Origin: Cupriavidus necator
GTDB taxonomy: Bacteria; Pseudomonadota; Gammaproteobacteria; Burkholderiales; Burkholderiaceae
Direction of reading: 5' to 3'
Assembly (NCBI RefSeq): GCF_016127575.1
Contig: NZ_CP066018.1
Span: 390,001 to 422,000, forward strand
DNA length: 32,000 nt
The notes under the pieces were generated by a model. That model did no database searches. It saw only the letters and a program-made list of their open reading frames with translations, and was not told where the DNA came from. How positions within the stretch are numbered: position 1 is the first letter of the stretch; each line of letters begins with the position of its first letter. Of this stretch, positions 7,763 to 17,544 are shown in pieces. The translations under genes were made by a program, and so were the position numbers.

Positions 7763-8596
7763 ATGTCGCCTCGCCTTGCCCAACGCCTGCGCCGCCCAGC
7801 GCGCCATCTCGTTGCGATGGCCTGCGCAGGCCTGCTGTCGGCGGCCCATGCCGGGGAACTGAAGCTGGCCACCACCACCAGCACCGAGAACTCGGGCCTG
7901 CTGAAATACCTGCTGCCGCGCTTCGAGCAAAAGGCGGGCGTCACCGTGAAGGTGATCGCGGTCGGCTCGGGCAAGGCCATGAAGATGGGCGAGATGGGCG
8001 ACGTCGACGTGCTGCTGGTGCACGCGCGCAAGGTGGAAGACGCCTTTGTCGCGGCCGGCTACGGCGTGAACCGCCGCGACGTGATGTACAACGACTTCAT
8101 CGTGGTCGGCCCGGCCAGCGACCCGGCAGGCGTCAAGGGCGGCAAGGACGTGCTGGCGGGGTTCCGCAAGCTCGCCGGCAGCAGCAGCAAGTTCATCTCG
8201 CGCGGCGACAACTCCGGCACCGACGTGATGGAGAAGGACTACTGGAAGCAGCTCGGCATCGAGCCCAAGGGCCAGCCGTGGTACGTCAACGCCGGCCTGG
8301 GCATGGGCGAGGTGCTGACCATGGCCGCGCAGATGCCGGCCTATACGCTGTCGGACCGCGCCACCTACGGCGCCTATCGCGCCAAGACCGGCCTGGCCAT
8401 CGCCATCGAAGGCGATCCGAAGATGTTCAACCCGTACGGAATCATCGCGGTCAACCCCGCCAGGCATGCGGGTATCAACCACACGGATGCGATCAAGCTG
8501 GTGGAGTGGATCACGTCAAAGGAAGGACAGGACGCGATTGCCGGGTACAAGGTGGAAGGCGAGCAGTTGTTCTTCCCGAGCTACAAGGCAAAGTAA
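7763..8596 (+). CDS. tupA: TupA-like periplasmic tungstate/molybdate-type oxyanion-binding protein (PBP_like_2), orphan
   Basis: Signal peptide MSPRLAQRLRRPARHLVAMACAGLLSAAHA, then LKLATTTSTENSGLLKYLLPRFE (TTTS..SGLL motif of TupA-type binders), ISRGDNSGT and NPYGIIAVNP. AAGGAG lies 7 nt upstream of ATG 7763. The symbol is tentative. Confidence 0.75.
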   Translation: MSPRLAQRLRRPARHLVAMACAGLLSAAHAGELKLATTTSTENSGLLKYLLPRFEQKAGVTVKVIAVGSGKAMKMGEMGDVDVLLVHARKVEDAFVAAGYGVNRRDVMYNDFIVVGPASDPAGVKGGKDVLAGFRKLAGSSSKFISRGDNSGTDVMEKDYWKQLGIEPKGQPWYVNAGLGMGEVLTMAAQMPAYTLSDRATYGAYRAKTGLAIAIEGDPKMFNPYGIIAVNPARHAGINHTDAIKLVEWITSKEGQDAIAGYKVEGEQLFFPSYKAK

Positions 8597-8622
8597 GCCC
8601 CCTCGCCTGCTGCCCGGCCCGC

Positions 8623-9570
8623 TCAGCCGGCCTCTGCCTCCAGCCGCGGCAACTGCGGCAGGTCCGCCGCCACCTCGGCGATCATGCGCCGGATCCACAT
8701 CACATCCGGCGCCGCATGGCAGCGCTCGTGCCACAGCTGGTAGAAGCGCATGCGCGGGAACGACACCGGCGAGGGCACCATGCGGATCGGCAGGTACTGC
8801 GCGTAGTGCGCAGCAAACTGGCGACCGGTGGTAAAGACCATATCCGTCTTCATCAGCACATACGGCACCAGGCCGAAATACGGCAGCGTGACCTGGATAT
8901 TGCGCTTGTAGCCCTGCTCGGCCAGCGCCTGGTCGATCATGCTGCGCTGCATCGACGCATACGGCGCCGGGGCCAAGTGCGGCATCTCCAGGTAGTGCTT
9001 GAGCGTCAGCCCCTTGCGCGCCAGCGGATGCTGCGCGCCCAGCATGCACACCACCTCGTCGTCGAACAGCGGCGAGATATGCAGGTGCTCAGGCGGCGAC
9101 AGCCAGTTGCCGACCACGATATCGAGCTGCCCCTGCTCCAGGTCGTCCAGGAAGTCCGACGACGACGTCATCGGATGCACGAACAGCTTGGCGCCCGGCG
9201 CCAGCCGGCGCACGCGCTCGACGATATTGGGCAGGAAGAACGCGTCCAGGTAGTCCGGCGCGCCCAGGTGGAAGGTGCGCGTGGTGGTGGCCGGGTCGAA
9301 CTGCTGCGGCGGGCGCGCGATGCGGTCCATCGCCGCCAGGCTCTGCTCGGCCAGCGCCAGCAGTTCGCGGCCGCGCTCGGTCGGCACCATGCCGTTTTTG
9401 CCCCGCACCAAAATGGCATCGCCGGTGATCTCCCGCAGGCGCTTCAGGGTATTGCTGATGGCGGGCTGGGACTGGCCCAGGCGCACGGCCGTGCGGGTCA
9501 CGCTCTGCTCGGTCAGCAGGGTGTGAAGCACCCGCAGCAAATATGTATCGAGATGGTCGCGTCCGTGCAT
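8623..9570 (-). CDS. LysR family transcriptional regulator, divergent from xdhA
   Basis: HTH LDTYLLRVLHTLLTEQSVTRTAVRLGQSQPAISNTLKRLRE followed by a LysR substrate-binding domain. ATG 9570 puts the HTH at the usual distance from the N-terminus. Alternative upstream starts reach 9651. Confidence 0.85.
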   Translation of the reverse strand: MHGRDHLDTYLLRVLHTLLTEQSVTRTAVRLGQSQPAISNTLKRLREITGDAILVRGKNGMVPTERGRELLALAEQSLAAMDRIARPPQQFDPATTTRTFHLGAPDYLDAFFLPNIVERVRRLAPGAKLFVHPMTSSSDFLDDLEQGQLDIVVGNWLSPPEHLHISPLFDDEVVCMLGAQHPLARKGLTLKHYLEMPHLAPAPYASMQRSMIDQALAEQGYKRNIQVTLPYFGLVPYVLMKTDMVFTTGRQFAAHYAQYLPIRMVPSPVSFPRMRFYQLWHERCHAAPDVMWIRRMIAEVAADLPQLPRLEAEAG

Positions 9571-9801
9571 GGCGATGGCGGCCCTCCGGCGGGGGCCAGA
9601 TGGGTGGCGTGGGGGATGGGAACGGCGCATAGTGTATGACAGGCGCCCCACAAACGGTCAAATCACCTCCTCCAGGGGGGCGCCTGGCGGTGCGGCGGGG
9701 CACCAATCGGGCCGCCCGCTGATGGGGCATATCACCTGGGCCGAATATTGCATGAAAGGCCAGGGTGCTATGTTTCCGCCATCACCAAGAGAGAGAAGAC
9801 C

Positions 9802-11304
<1,503 letters not shown>

Positions 11305-11329
11305 GCCAGAGAAAAAGGAAAGCATCGGC

Positions 11330-13678
11330 ATGAACAAGCAAACCGAACCCTTCCTGCTCGACGCCACCGCCGAACAGGTCTCGCAGGTCGGCATCTCGCG
11401 TCCGCATGAATCCGCCCACCTGCACGTGGCCGGCACCGCCACCTACACGGACGACATCCCCGAGCTGGCCGGCACGCTGCACGCCGCGCTCGGCATGAGT
11501 ACCCGCGCGCACGCCCGCATCAAGTCGATCTCGCTCGACAAGGTGCGCGCCGCGCCCGGCGTGGTCGACGTGCTGACGGTGGACGACATCCCCGGCACCA
11601 ACGACTGCGGCCCGATCATCCACGACGACCCGATCCTGGCGCGCGACGTGGTCCAGTTCATCGGCCAGCCGGTCTTTATCGTGGTGGCGACCTCGCATGA
11701 CGCCGCGCGCCGCGCCGCCCGCCTGGGCACCATCGACTACGAAGACCTGCCCCCGGTGCTGTCGCCGCAAGCCGCGCACGAGGCCGGCAGCTATGTGCTG
11801 CCGCCGATGCACCTGACGCGCGGCGAGCCCGCTGCGCGCATCGCAAGCGCGGCCCACCAGGACAGCGGCAAGATCCACCTGGGCGGCCAGGAGCAGTTCT
11901 ACCTGGAAGGCCAGATCTCGTACGCCGCGCCGCGCGAGAACGACGGCATGCAAGTGTGGTGCTCGACCCAGCACCCGACCGAAATGCAGCACGCGGTGTG
12001 CCATATGCTCGGCTGGCAGGCGCACCAGGTGCTGGTCGAATGCCGCCGCATGGGCGGCGGCTTCGGCGGCAAGGAGTCGCAGTCGGCGCTGTTCGCCTGC
12101 TGCGCCGCGCTGGCCGCCTGGAAGCTGATGTGCCCGGTCAAGCTGCGCCCGGACCGCGACGACGACATGATGATCACCGGCAAGCGCCATGACTTCGTGT
12201 TCGACTACACCGTGGGCCACGACGATGAAGGCCATATCGAGGGCGTCAAGGTCGAGATGGTGTCGCGCGCCGGCTTCTCGGCCGACCTGTCGGGCCCGGT
12301 GATGACCCGCGCCATCTGCCACTTCGACAATGCCTACTGGCTGCCGAACGTGCAGATCGACGGCTACTGCGGCAAGACCAACACGCAGAGCAATACCGCC
12401 TTCCGCGGTTTCGGCGGCCCGCAGGGCGCGTTCGCGGTCGAGTACATCCTGGACAATGTCGCCCGCACGGTCGGCAAGGATTCGCTGGACGTGCGCCGCG
12501 CCAACTTCTACGGCAAGACCGAGCACAACGTCACGCCCTACGGCCAGACCGTGGAAGACAACGTCATCCACGAGCTGATCGACGAACTGGTGGCCAGCAG
12601 CGAATACCGCGCCCGCCGCGAGGCCACGCGCGCGTTCAACGCCACCAGCCCGGTGCTGAAGAAGGGCATCGCCATCACCCCGGTGAAGTTCGGCATCTCG
12701 TTCAACGTGGCCCACTTCAACCAGGCCGGCGCGCTGGTGCACGTCTACAACGACGGCTCGGTGCTGGTGAACCACGGCGGCACCGAGATGGGCCAGGGCC
12801 TGAACACCAAGGTGGCGATGGTGGTGGCGCATGAGCTCGGCATCCGCATGGAACGCGTGCGCGTGACCGCGACCGATACCAGCAAGGTGGCCAATACCTC
12901 GGCCACCGCAGCTTCCACCGGTGCCGACCTGAACGGCAAGGCCGCGCAGGACGCCGCGCGCCAGATCCGCGAGCGCCTGGCCGTGTTTGCCGCGCGCAAG
13001 GCCGGCGTGGAGCCGTCCGAGGTGCGCTTCAACGATGACCTGGTCAGCGCCGGCGAGCTGCGCGTGTCGTTCGGCGAGCTGGCGCGCGAAGCCTACGTGG
13101 CGCGCGTGCAGCTGTGGTCCGACGGCTTCTACACCACGCCCAAGCTGCACTGGGACCAGAGCAAGCTGCAGGGCCGCCCGTTCTACTACTTCGCCTACGG
13201 TGCCGCGTGCTCTGAGGTGCTGGTCGACACGCTCACCGGCGAATGGAAGCTGCTGCGCGCCGACGCGCTGCACGACGCCGGCCGCTCGCTGAACCCGGCG
13301 ATCGACATCGGCCAGGTCGAGGGCGCTTTTATCCAGGGAATGGGCTGGCTGACCACCGAGGAATTGTGGTGGAACAAGGACGGCAAGCTGATGACGCACG
13401 CCCCGTCCACGTACAAGATCCCGACGGTCAACGACTGCCCGGAGGAATTCAACGTGCGCCTGTTCCAGAACCGCAACGTCGAGGACAGCATCCACCGCTC
13501 CAAGGCCGTGGGCGAGCCGCCGCTGCTGCTGCCGTTCTCGGTGTTCTTCGCGATCCGCGACGCCGTGGCTGCCGTTGGCGACTACCGCATCAACCCGCCG
13601 CTGAAGGCCCCGGCCACCAGCGAGGCGATCCTGGACGCCGTCGACGCCGTGCGCGAAGCCGCGGCGCAGCCAGCCTGA
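11330..13678 (+). CDS. xdhB: xanthine dehydrogenase molybdopterin-binding large subunit
   Basis: 782 aa. GTATYTDDIPE, RRMGGGFGGKESQ, FRGFGGPQG and KAVGEPPLLL are typical of XdhB/aldehyde oxidase Mo-co subunits. AAGGAAAG RBS precedes ATG 11330. Confidence 0.95.
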   Translation: MNKQTEPFLLDATAEQVSQVGISRPHESAHLHVAGTATYTDDIPELAGTLHAALGMSTRAHARIKSISLDKVRAAPGVVDVLTVDDIPGTNDCGPIIHDDPILARDVVQFIGQPVFIVVATSHDAARRAARLGTIDYEDLPPVLSPQAAHEAGSYVLPPMHLTRGEPAARIASAAHQDSGKIHLGGQEQFYLEGQISYAAPRENDGMQVWCSTQHPTEMQHAVCHMLGWQAHQVLVECRRMGGGFGGKESQSALFACCAALAAWKLMCPVKLRPDRDDDMMITGKRHDFVFDYTVGHDDEGHIEGVKVEMVSRAGFSADLSGPVMTRAICHFDNAYWLPNVQIDGYCGKTNTQSNTAFRGFGGPQGAFAVEYILDNVARTVGKDSLDVRRANFYGKTEHNVTPYGQTVEDNVIHELIDELVASSEYRARREATRAFNATSPVLKKGIAITPVKFGISFNVAHFNQAGALVHVYNDGSVLVNHGGTEMGQGLNTKVAMVVAHELGIRMERVRVTATDTSKVANTSATAASTGADLNGKAAQDAARQIRERLAVFAARKAGVEPSEVRFNDDLVSAGELRVSFGELAREAYVARVQLWSDGFYTTPKLHWDQSKLQGRPFYYFAYGAACSEVLVDTLTGEWKLLRADALHDAGRSLNPAIDIGQVEGAFIQGMGWLTTEELWWNKDGKLMTHAPSTYKIPTVNDCPEEFNVRLFQNRNVEDSIHRSKAVGEPPLLLPFSVFFAIRDAVAAVGDYRINPPLKAPATSEAILDAVDAVREAAAQPA

Positions 13679-13859
13679 GCTGGCGGAACGATCGCAGGAA
13701 GCGCGCGCCTGCGGGCGCCCCCGGACTTTCCCCCCTTGGCCGCGTTGACGGGCATGGGGCCGGTGGAAGAAGCAGGCGCGCGCCACCCTTGCGATGACAC
13801 AGCGCAGGCAGCACCACAGCATCAAGCAGCAACCAGGCAACACCGACAAGGCCCCCGAC

Positions 13860-14849
13860 ATGCAGGACGCACCGCTCAAACCCTTCCGCTTCGCCGACGC
13901 CGCCCGCATGGTGCGCGCCGGCCTGCCGGCGGCGATGGTCACCATCGTCGAGGTCAAGGGCTCGGCCCCGCGCGAGGCCGGCATCCGCATGCTGGTCAGC
14001 GCCGACGACCTGGTCGGCACCATCGGCGGCGGCCACCTGGAGTGGCGCGGCATGGATATCGCGCGCGAGATGCTGGTGCGCGGTGAACAACGCCGGATCG
14101 AGCGCATCCCGCTCGGGCCGGCACTGGGCCAGTGCTGCGGCGGCGTGGTGCAGCTCGCATTCGAGGTGCTGGGCGAAGCCGACCTGCACTGGCTTGACGC
14201 GGTCGAACGCAATTTCACCGCCGGCAAGGCACTGCAGCGCCAGGTGCCGGCCAGCGGCGCGATCACCCATGGCGACAGCCATGCCGTGACCCCCGGCGTA
14301 ACGCTGCACGCCGACGGCAGCTGGACCGATACGCTGGTGCCCGACACCATGCACGTGGTGCTGTTTGGCGCGGGCCATGTCGGCCATGCACTGGTCAAGG
14401 TGCTGGCCACGCTGCCGTGCCGCGTGCACTGGGTCGACGAGCGCGACACGCTGTTCCCCGGCGGGCTGCCCGACAATGTCGAGGCCGAGGCCAGCGACAC
14501 GCCCGAAGCGGTAGTGGCGCAGGCGCCCGCGGGCAGCTACTTCCTGGTCATGACGCACAGCCATGCGCTGGACCAGACCCTGTGCGAAGAAATCCTCAAG
14601 CGCACCGATTTCGCCTACTTCGGCCTGATCGGCTCCAAGACCAAGCGCGCGCGCTTTGAACACCGCATGGCCGAGCACGGCATCGACCCGGCCCGGTTTG
14701 CGGAAATGACATGCCCCATGGGGGTTCCCGGGATTACCGACAAGGCTCCGGCTATGATTGCGGTAGCCATCGTCGCCCAGCTGCTCCAGGTCCGCGAACA
14801 GCGCCTTGCCGCGCTGCGTCTGGGCCGCCCGGAGGCGGTGCATCCCTGA
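13860..14849 (+). CDS. xdhC: xanthine dehydrogenase accessory/maturation protein XdhC
   Basis: IVEVKGSAPREAGIRMLV..GTIGGGHLE...VLFGAGHVGHALV...FLVMTHSHALD...YFGLIGSKTKRARF is the XdhC/CoxI pattern. The start is ambiguous: ATG 13860 (preferred) or ATG 13794. Neither has a good RBS. Confidence 0.85.
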   Translation: MQDAPLKPFRFADAARMVRAGLPAAMVTIVEVKGSAPREAGIRMLVSADDLVGTIGGGHLEWRGMDIAREMLVRGEQRRIERIPLGPALGQCCGGVVQLAFEVLGEADLHWLDAVERNFTAGKALQRQVPASGAITHGDSHAVTPGVTLHADGSWTDTLVPDTMHVVLFGAGHVGHALVKVLATLPCRVHWVDERDTLFPGGLPDNVEAEASDTPEAVVAQAPAGSYFLVMTHSHALDQTLCEEILKRTDFAYFGLIGSKTKRARFEHRMAEHGIDPARFAEMTCPMGVPGITDKAPAMIAVAIVAQLLQVREQRLAALRLGRPEAVHP

Positions 14850-14904
14850 ACCCGTGCCGCCGGCCCCGCCGGCAGGCACAGAAAAGCCCAGAAACGAGGC
14901 CCCC

Positions 14905-15960
14905 ATGACCATCGATGCCGCGCTCGCGGAACAGATCCGCCGCACTCCCAAGGCCGAACTGCATGTGCATATCGAAGGCACGCTTGAGCCGGAACTGATC
15001 TTCCGGCTCGCGCAGCGCAACCAGGTGGCGCTGCCCTATCCCAGCGTCGAGGCGCTGCGCGCCGCCTACGCCTTCACCGACCTGCAGTCGTTCCTGGACA
15101 TCTACTACGCCGGCGCCAGCGTGCTGCTGACCGAGGAAGATTTCTTCGACATGACCATGGACTACGTCAAGCGCGCCGTCGCCGACAACGTCCGCCACGC
15201 CGAGATCTTCTTCGATCCGCAGACCCATACCGCGCGCGGCGTGCCCATCGGCGTGGTGATCGACGGCATCGCCGATGCCCTGGCCCAGGCGCGCACCGAA
15301 TATGACTTCTCCAGCAGCCTGATCCTGTGCTTCCTGCGCCATCTGCCGGAGGAAGACGCCTTCGCCACGCTGGAGGCCGCGCTGCCCTACCGCGACCGCT
15401 TTGTCGGCGTGGGCCTGGATTCGTCCGAGCGAGGCAACCCGCCCGAGAAGTTCGCGCGCGTGTTCGCCAGGGCGCGCGAGCTGGGCCTGCACCTGGTGGC
15501 CCACGCGGGCGAGGAAGGTCCGGCGCAATACGTCACCGACGCGCTCGACATCCTCAAGGCGCAGCGTATCGACCACGGCGTGCGCGCCATCGACGATCCG
15601 GCGCTGGTGGAACGCCTGGCGCGCGAGCGCGTGGCGCTGACCGTGTGCCCGCTGTCGAACGTCAAGCTCAAGGTCTACCCGGACCTGCGCGACCACCCGC
15701 TCAAGCGCATGCTCGATGCCGGCGTGGTGATCACGCTGCATTCGGACGATCCTGCCTACTTCGGCGGCTATATGAACGCCAACTGGGAAGCCACCTTCGA
15801 GGCGCTGCCGCTGGACGCGGCCGATGCCCACAAGCTTGCCCGCAACAGCTTTGAAGCGGCCTTCCTGCCTGCCATGCAGAAGGCCGAATTCCTGGCGGAA
15901 GTCGACCACTTCTGGTCGAGCCCGCCCAAGTCCCCGCCCGCAACGGCCCCAGCGGCCTGA
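14905..15960 (+). CDS. adenine deaminase of the adenosine-deaminase superfamily (Pa0148/Aah1 type)
   Basis: KAELHVHIEGTLEPELIF, YAFTDLQSFLDIYY, FFDPQTHT, VAHAGEEGP, IDHGVR, TVCPLSN and HSDDPAYFGG closely follow the proteobacterial adenine-specific subgroup. ATG 14905 has an ACGAGG RBS. The Pro-rich C-terminal tail SSPPKSPPATAPAA is unusual. Confidence 0.9.
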   Translation: MTIDAALAEQIRRTPKAELHVHIEGTLEPELIFRLAQRNQVALPYPSVEALRAAYAFTDLQSFLDIYYAGASVLLTEEDFFDMTMDYVKRAVADNVRHAEIFFDPQTHTARGVPIGVVIDGIADALAQARTEYDFSSSLILCFLRHLPEEDAFATLEAALPYRDRFVGVGLDSSERGNPPEKFARVFARARELGLHLVAHAGEEGPAQYVTDALDILKAQRIDHGVRAIDDPALVERLARERVALTVCPLSNVKLKVYPDLRDHPLKRMLDAGVVITLHSDDPAYFGGYMNANWEATFEALPLDAADAHKLARNSFEAAFLPAMQKAEFLAEVDHFWSSPPKSPPATAPAA

Positions 15961-16036
15961 GCGCGGCGCATGCCAATAGCCCGGCCCGCTGCTTGAACCA
16001 TGCCGTTCCGCGCGGGCCGGCCACAAGAGACACACC

Positions 16037-17359
16037 ATGACGACCAACCCCAAGACTGACTCCCTCACCCGTGCCATTCGCGGCCGCGTGCTGCATTTCC
16101 TGCGCGATCCGCAATTCCATGAGGATGCATATCAGTATTGGGACGACGGGGTGCTGATCGTCACCAACGGGCGCATCGCCGCTGCCGGCGACTATACGCA
16201 GCTGGCTGCGCGCATTCCGGCCGACGCCGAGATCGTCGACCACCGCGGCAAGCTGATCGTGCCCGGCTTTATCGACACCCACGTGCACTACCCGCAGACC
16301 GACATGATCGCGTCGCCGTCGCCGGGCCTGCTGCACTGGCTCGAGACCTACACCTTCCCCGAAGAGCGCCGCTTTGCCGATCCCGACTACGCGCGCGGCG
16401 TGGCCGGCTTCTTCACCGAGGAACTGCTGCGCAACGGCACCACCAGCGCGGTGGTCTGGAGCACGGTGCACAAGGCCTCGGCCGAGGCCCTCTTTGCCGA
16501 AAGCGAGGCGCGCAACCTGCGCATGGTCACGGGCAAGGTGATGATGGACCGCAACTGCCCGGAATTCCTGCGCGATACGGCCGAGACCGGTGCCCGGGAC
16601 TCCGCCGACCTGCTCTCGCGCTGGCATAACAAGGGACGCCTGGCCTACGCCATCACACCGCGCTTTGCCCCGACCTCGACCGAGGCGCAGCTGGCCGCCT
16701 GCGGCGAGCTGGCGCGCGCCTATCCGGACGCCTTTATCCAGACCCACGTGGCCGAGAACCGCGACGAGGTCAAATGGGTGGCCGAGCTGTTCCCGGACGC
16801 GCGCAGCTACCTGGACGTGTACGACCGCTACGGCCTGCTGCGCCCGGGCGCGATGTACGGCCACGCCATCTACCTGGACCAGGACGACCGCCGGCGCCTG
16901 GCCGACAGCGGCGCCGCGGTGGCGCATTGCCCCACCTCCAACCTGTTCCTGGGCAGCGGCTTCTATGACTTCCACCAGTCCGACGCCAACCGCCTGAACG
17001 TGACGCTGGCCACCGACGTCGGCGGCGGCACCTCGTTCTCGATGTTCCGCACCATGAACGCGGCGCACAAGGTGGCGCGCATGGGCGGCTACTACCTGAC
17101 CGCGCTGCGCATGTTCTACCTGGCCACCCGCGCCGCGGCCGAGGCGCTGGGCTGGACCGACCGCGTCGGCAGCTTCAGCGTTGGCTGCGAGGCCGATTTC
17201 ATTGTGCTGGACCCCAAGGCCACGCCGCTGATCGCCCGCCGCAGCAACCGCTCGGAAACGCTGGAAGAAGAGCTGTTCGCCTTTGCCATGCTGGGCGACG
17301 ACCGCGTCATCGACAGCGTCTATGTGATGGGCGAGGCCGCCCACGTGCCGGCCGCCTGA
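16037..17359 (+). CDS. guaD: guanine deaminase
   Basis: PGFIDTHVHYPQ, ITPRFAPTST, QTHVAEN, HCPTSNLFLGSG and LATDVGGG are amidohydrolase/guanine deaminase motifs. Full-length 440 aa ORF. Confidence 0.92.
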   Translation: MTTNPKTDSLTRAIRGRVLHFLRDPQFHEDAYQYWDDGVLIVTNGRIAAAGDYTQLAARIPADAEIVDHRGKLIVPGFIDTHVHYPQTDMIASPSPGLLHWLETYTFPEERRFADPDYARGVAGFFTEELLRNGTTSAVVWSTVHKASAEALFAESEARNLRMVTGKVMMDRNCPEFLRDTAETGARDSADLLSRWHNKGRLAYAITPRFAPTSTEAQLAACGELARAYPDAFIQTHVAENRDEVKWVAELFPDARSYLDVYDRYGLLRPGAMYGHAIYLDQDDRRRLADSGAAVAHCPTSNLFLGSGFYDFHQSDANRLNVTLATDVGGGTSFSMFRTMNAAHKVARMGGYYLTALRMFYLATRAAAEALGWTDRVGSFSVGCEADFIVLDPKATPLIARRSNRSETLEEELFAFAMLGDDRVIDSVYVMGEAAHVPAA

Positions 17360-17380
17360 TCCGTCACCTGGCCAGCAGCC

Positions 17381-17410
17381 GCCCGCCGCCATGCGGCGGG
17401 CGCGCTTTTA
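17381..17410 (+). terminator. GC-rich hairpin after guaD
   Basis: GCCCGCCGC (17381-17389), loop CAT, GCGGCGGGC (17393-17401), followed by GCGCTTTTA. The T-tract is weak. Confidence 0.45.
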
Positions 17411-17544
17411 CCGCTTCGCCCCCGCCTCCGGCTTGACGACCGTCAAGGCCGTCTTCGACAAAGCCTTCTAACCTTGCGGTTCCGCCGCGGCCGTTCTGCG
17501 CGCCGTGCGCCCTTACCCATCCGACCGCAATCAGAAGGTTCCGC

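Noticed and set aside
6407-8596. 729-aa + strand ORF apparently fusing a long N-terminal region to the TupA-like protein
   Set aside because: Only the last 277 codons (from ATG 7763, with AAGGAG RBS and a signal peptide) look like a protein. The upstream 450 codons are antisense to the ModE-like regulator. The N-terminally extended track ORFs 353..1417, 1009..2007, 2032..2895, 11096..13678, 14806..15960 and 30121..30981 are similar read-through frames.
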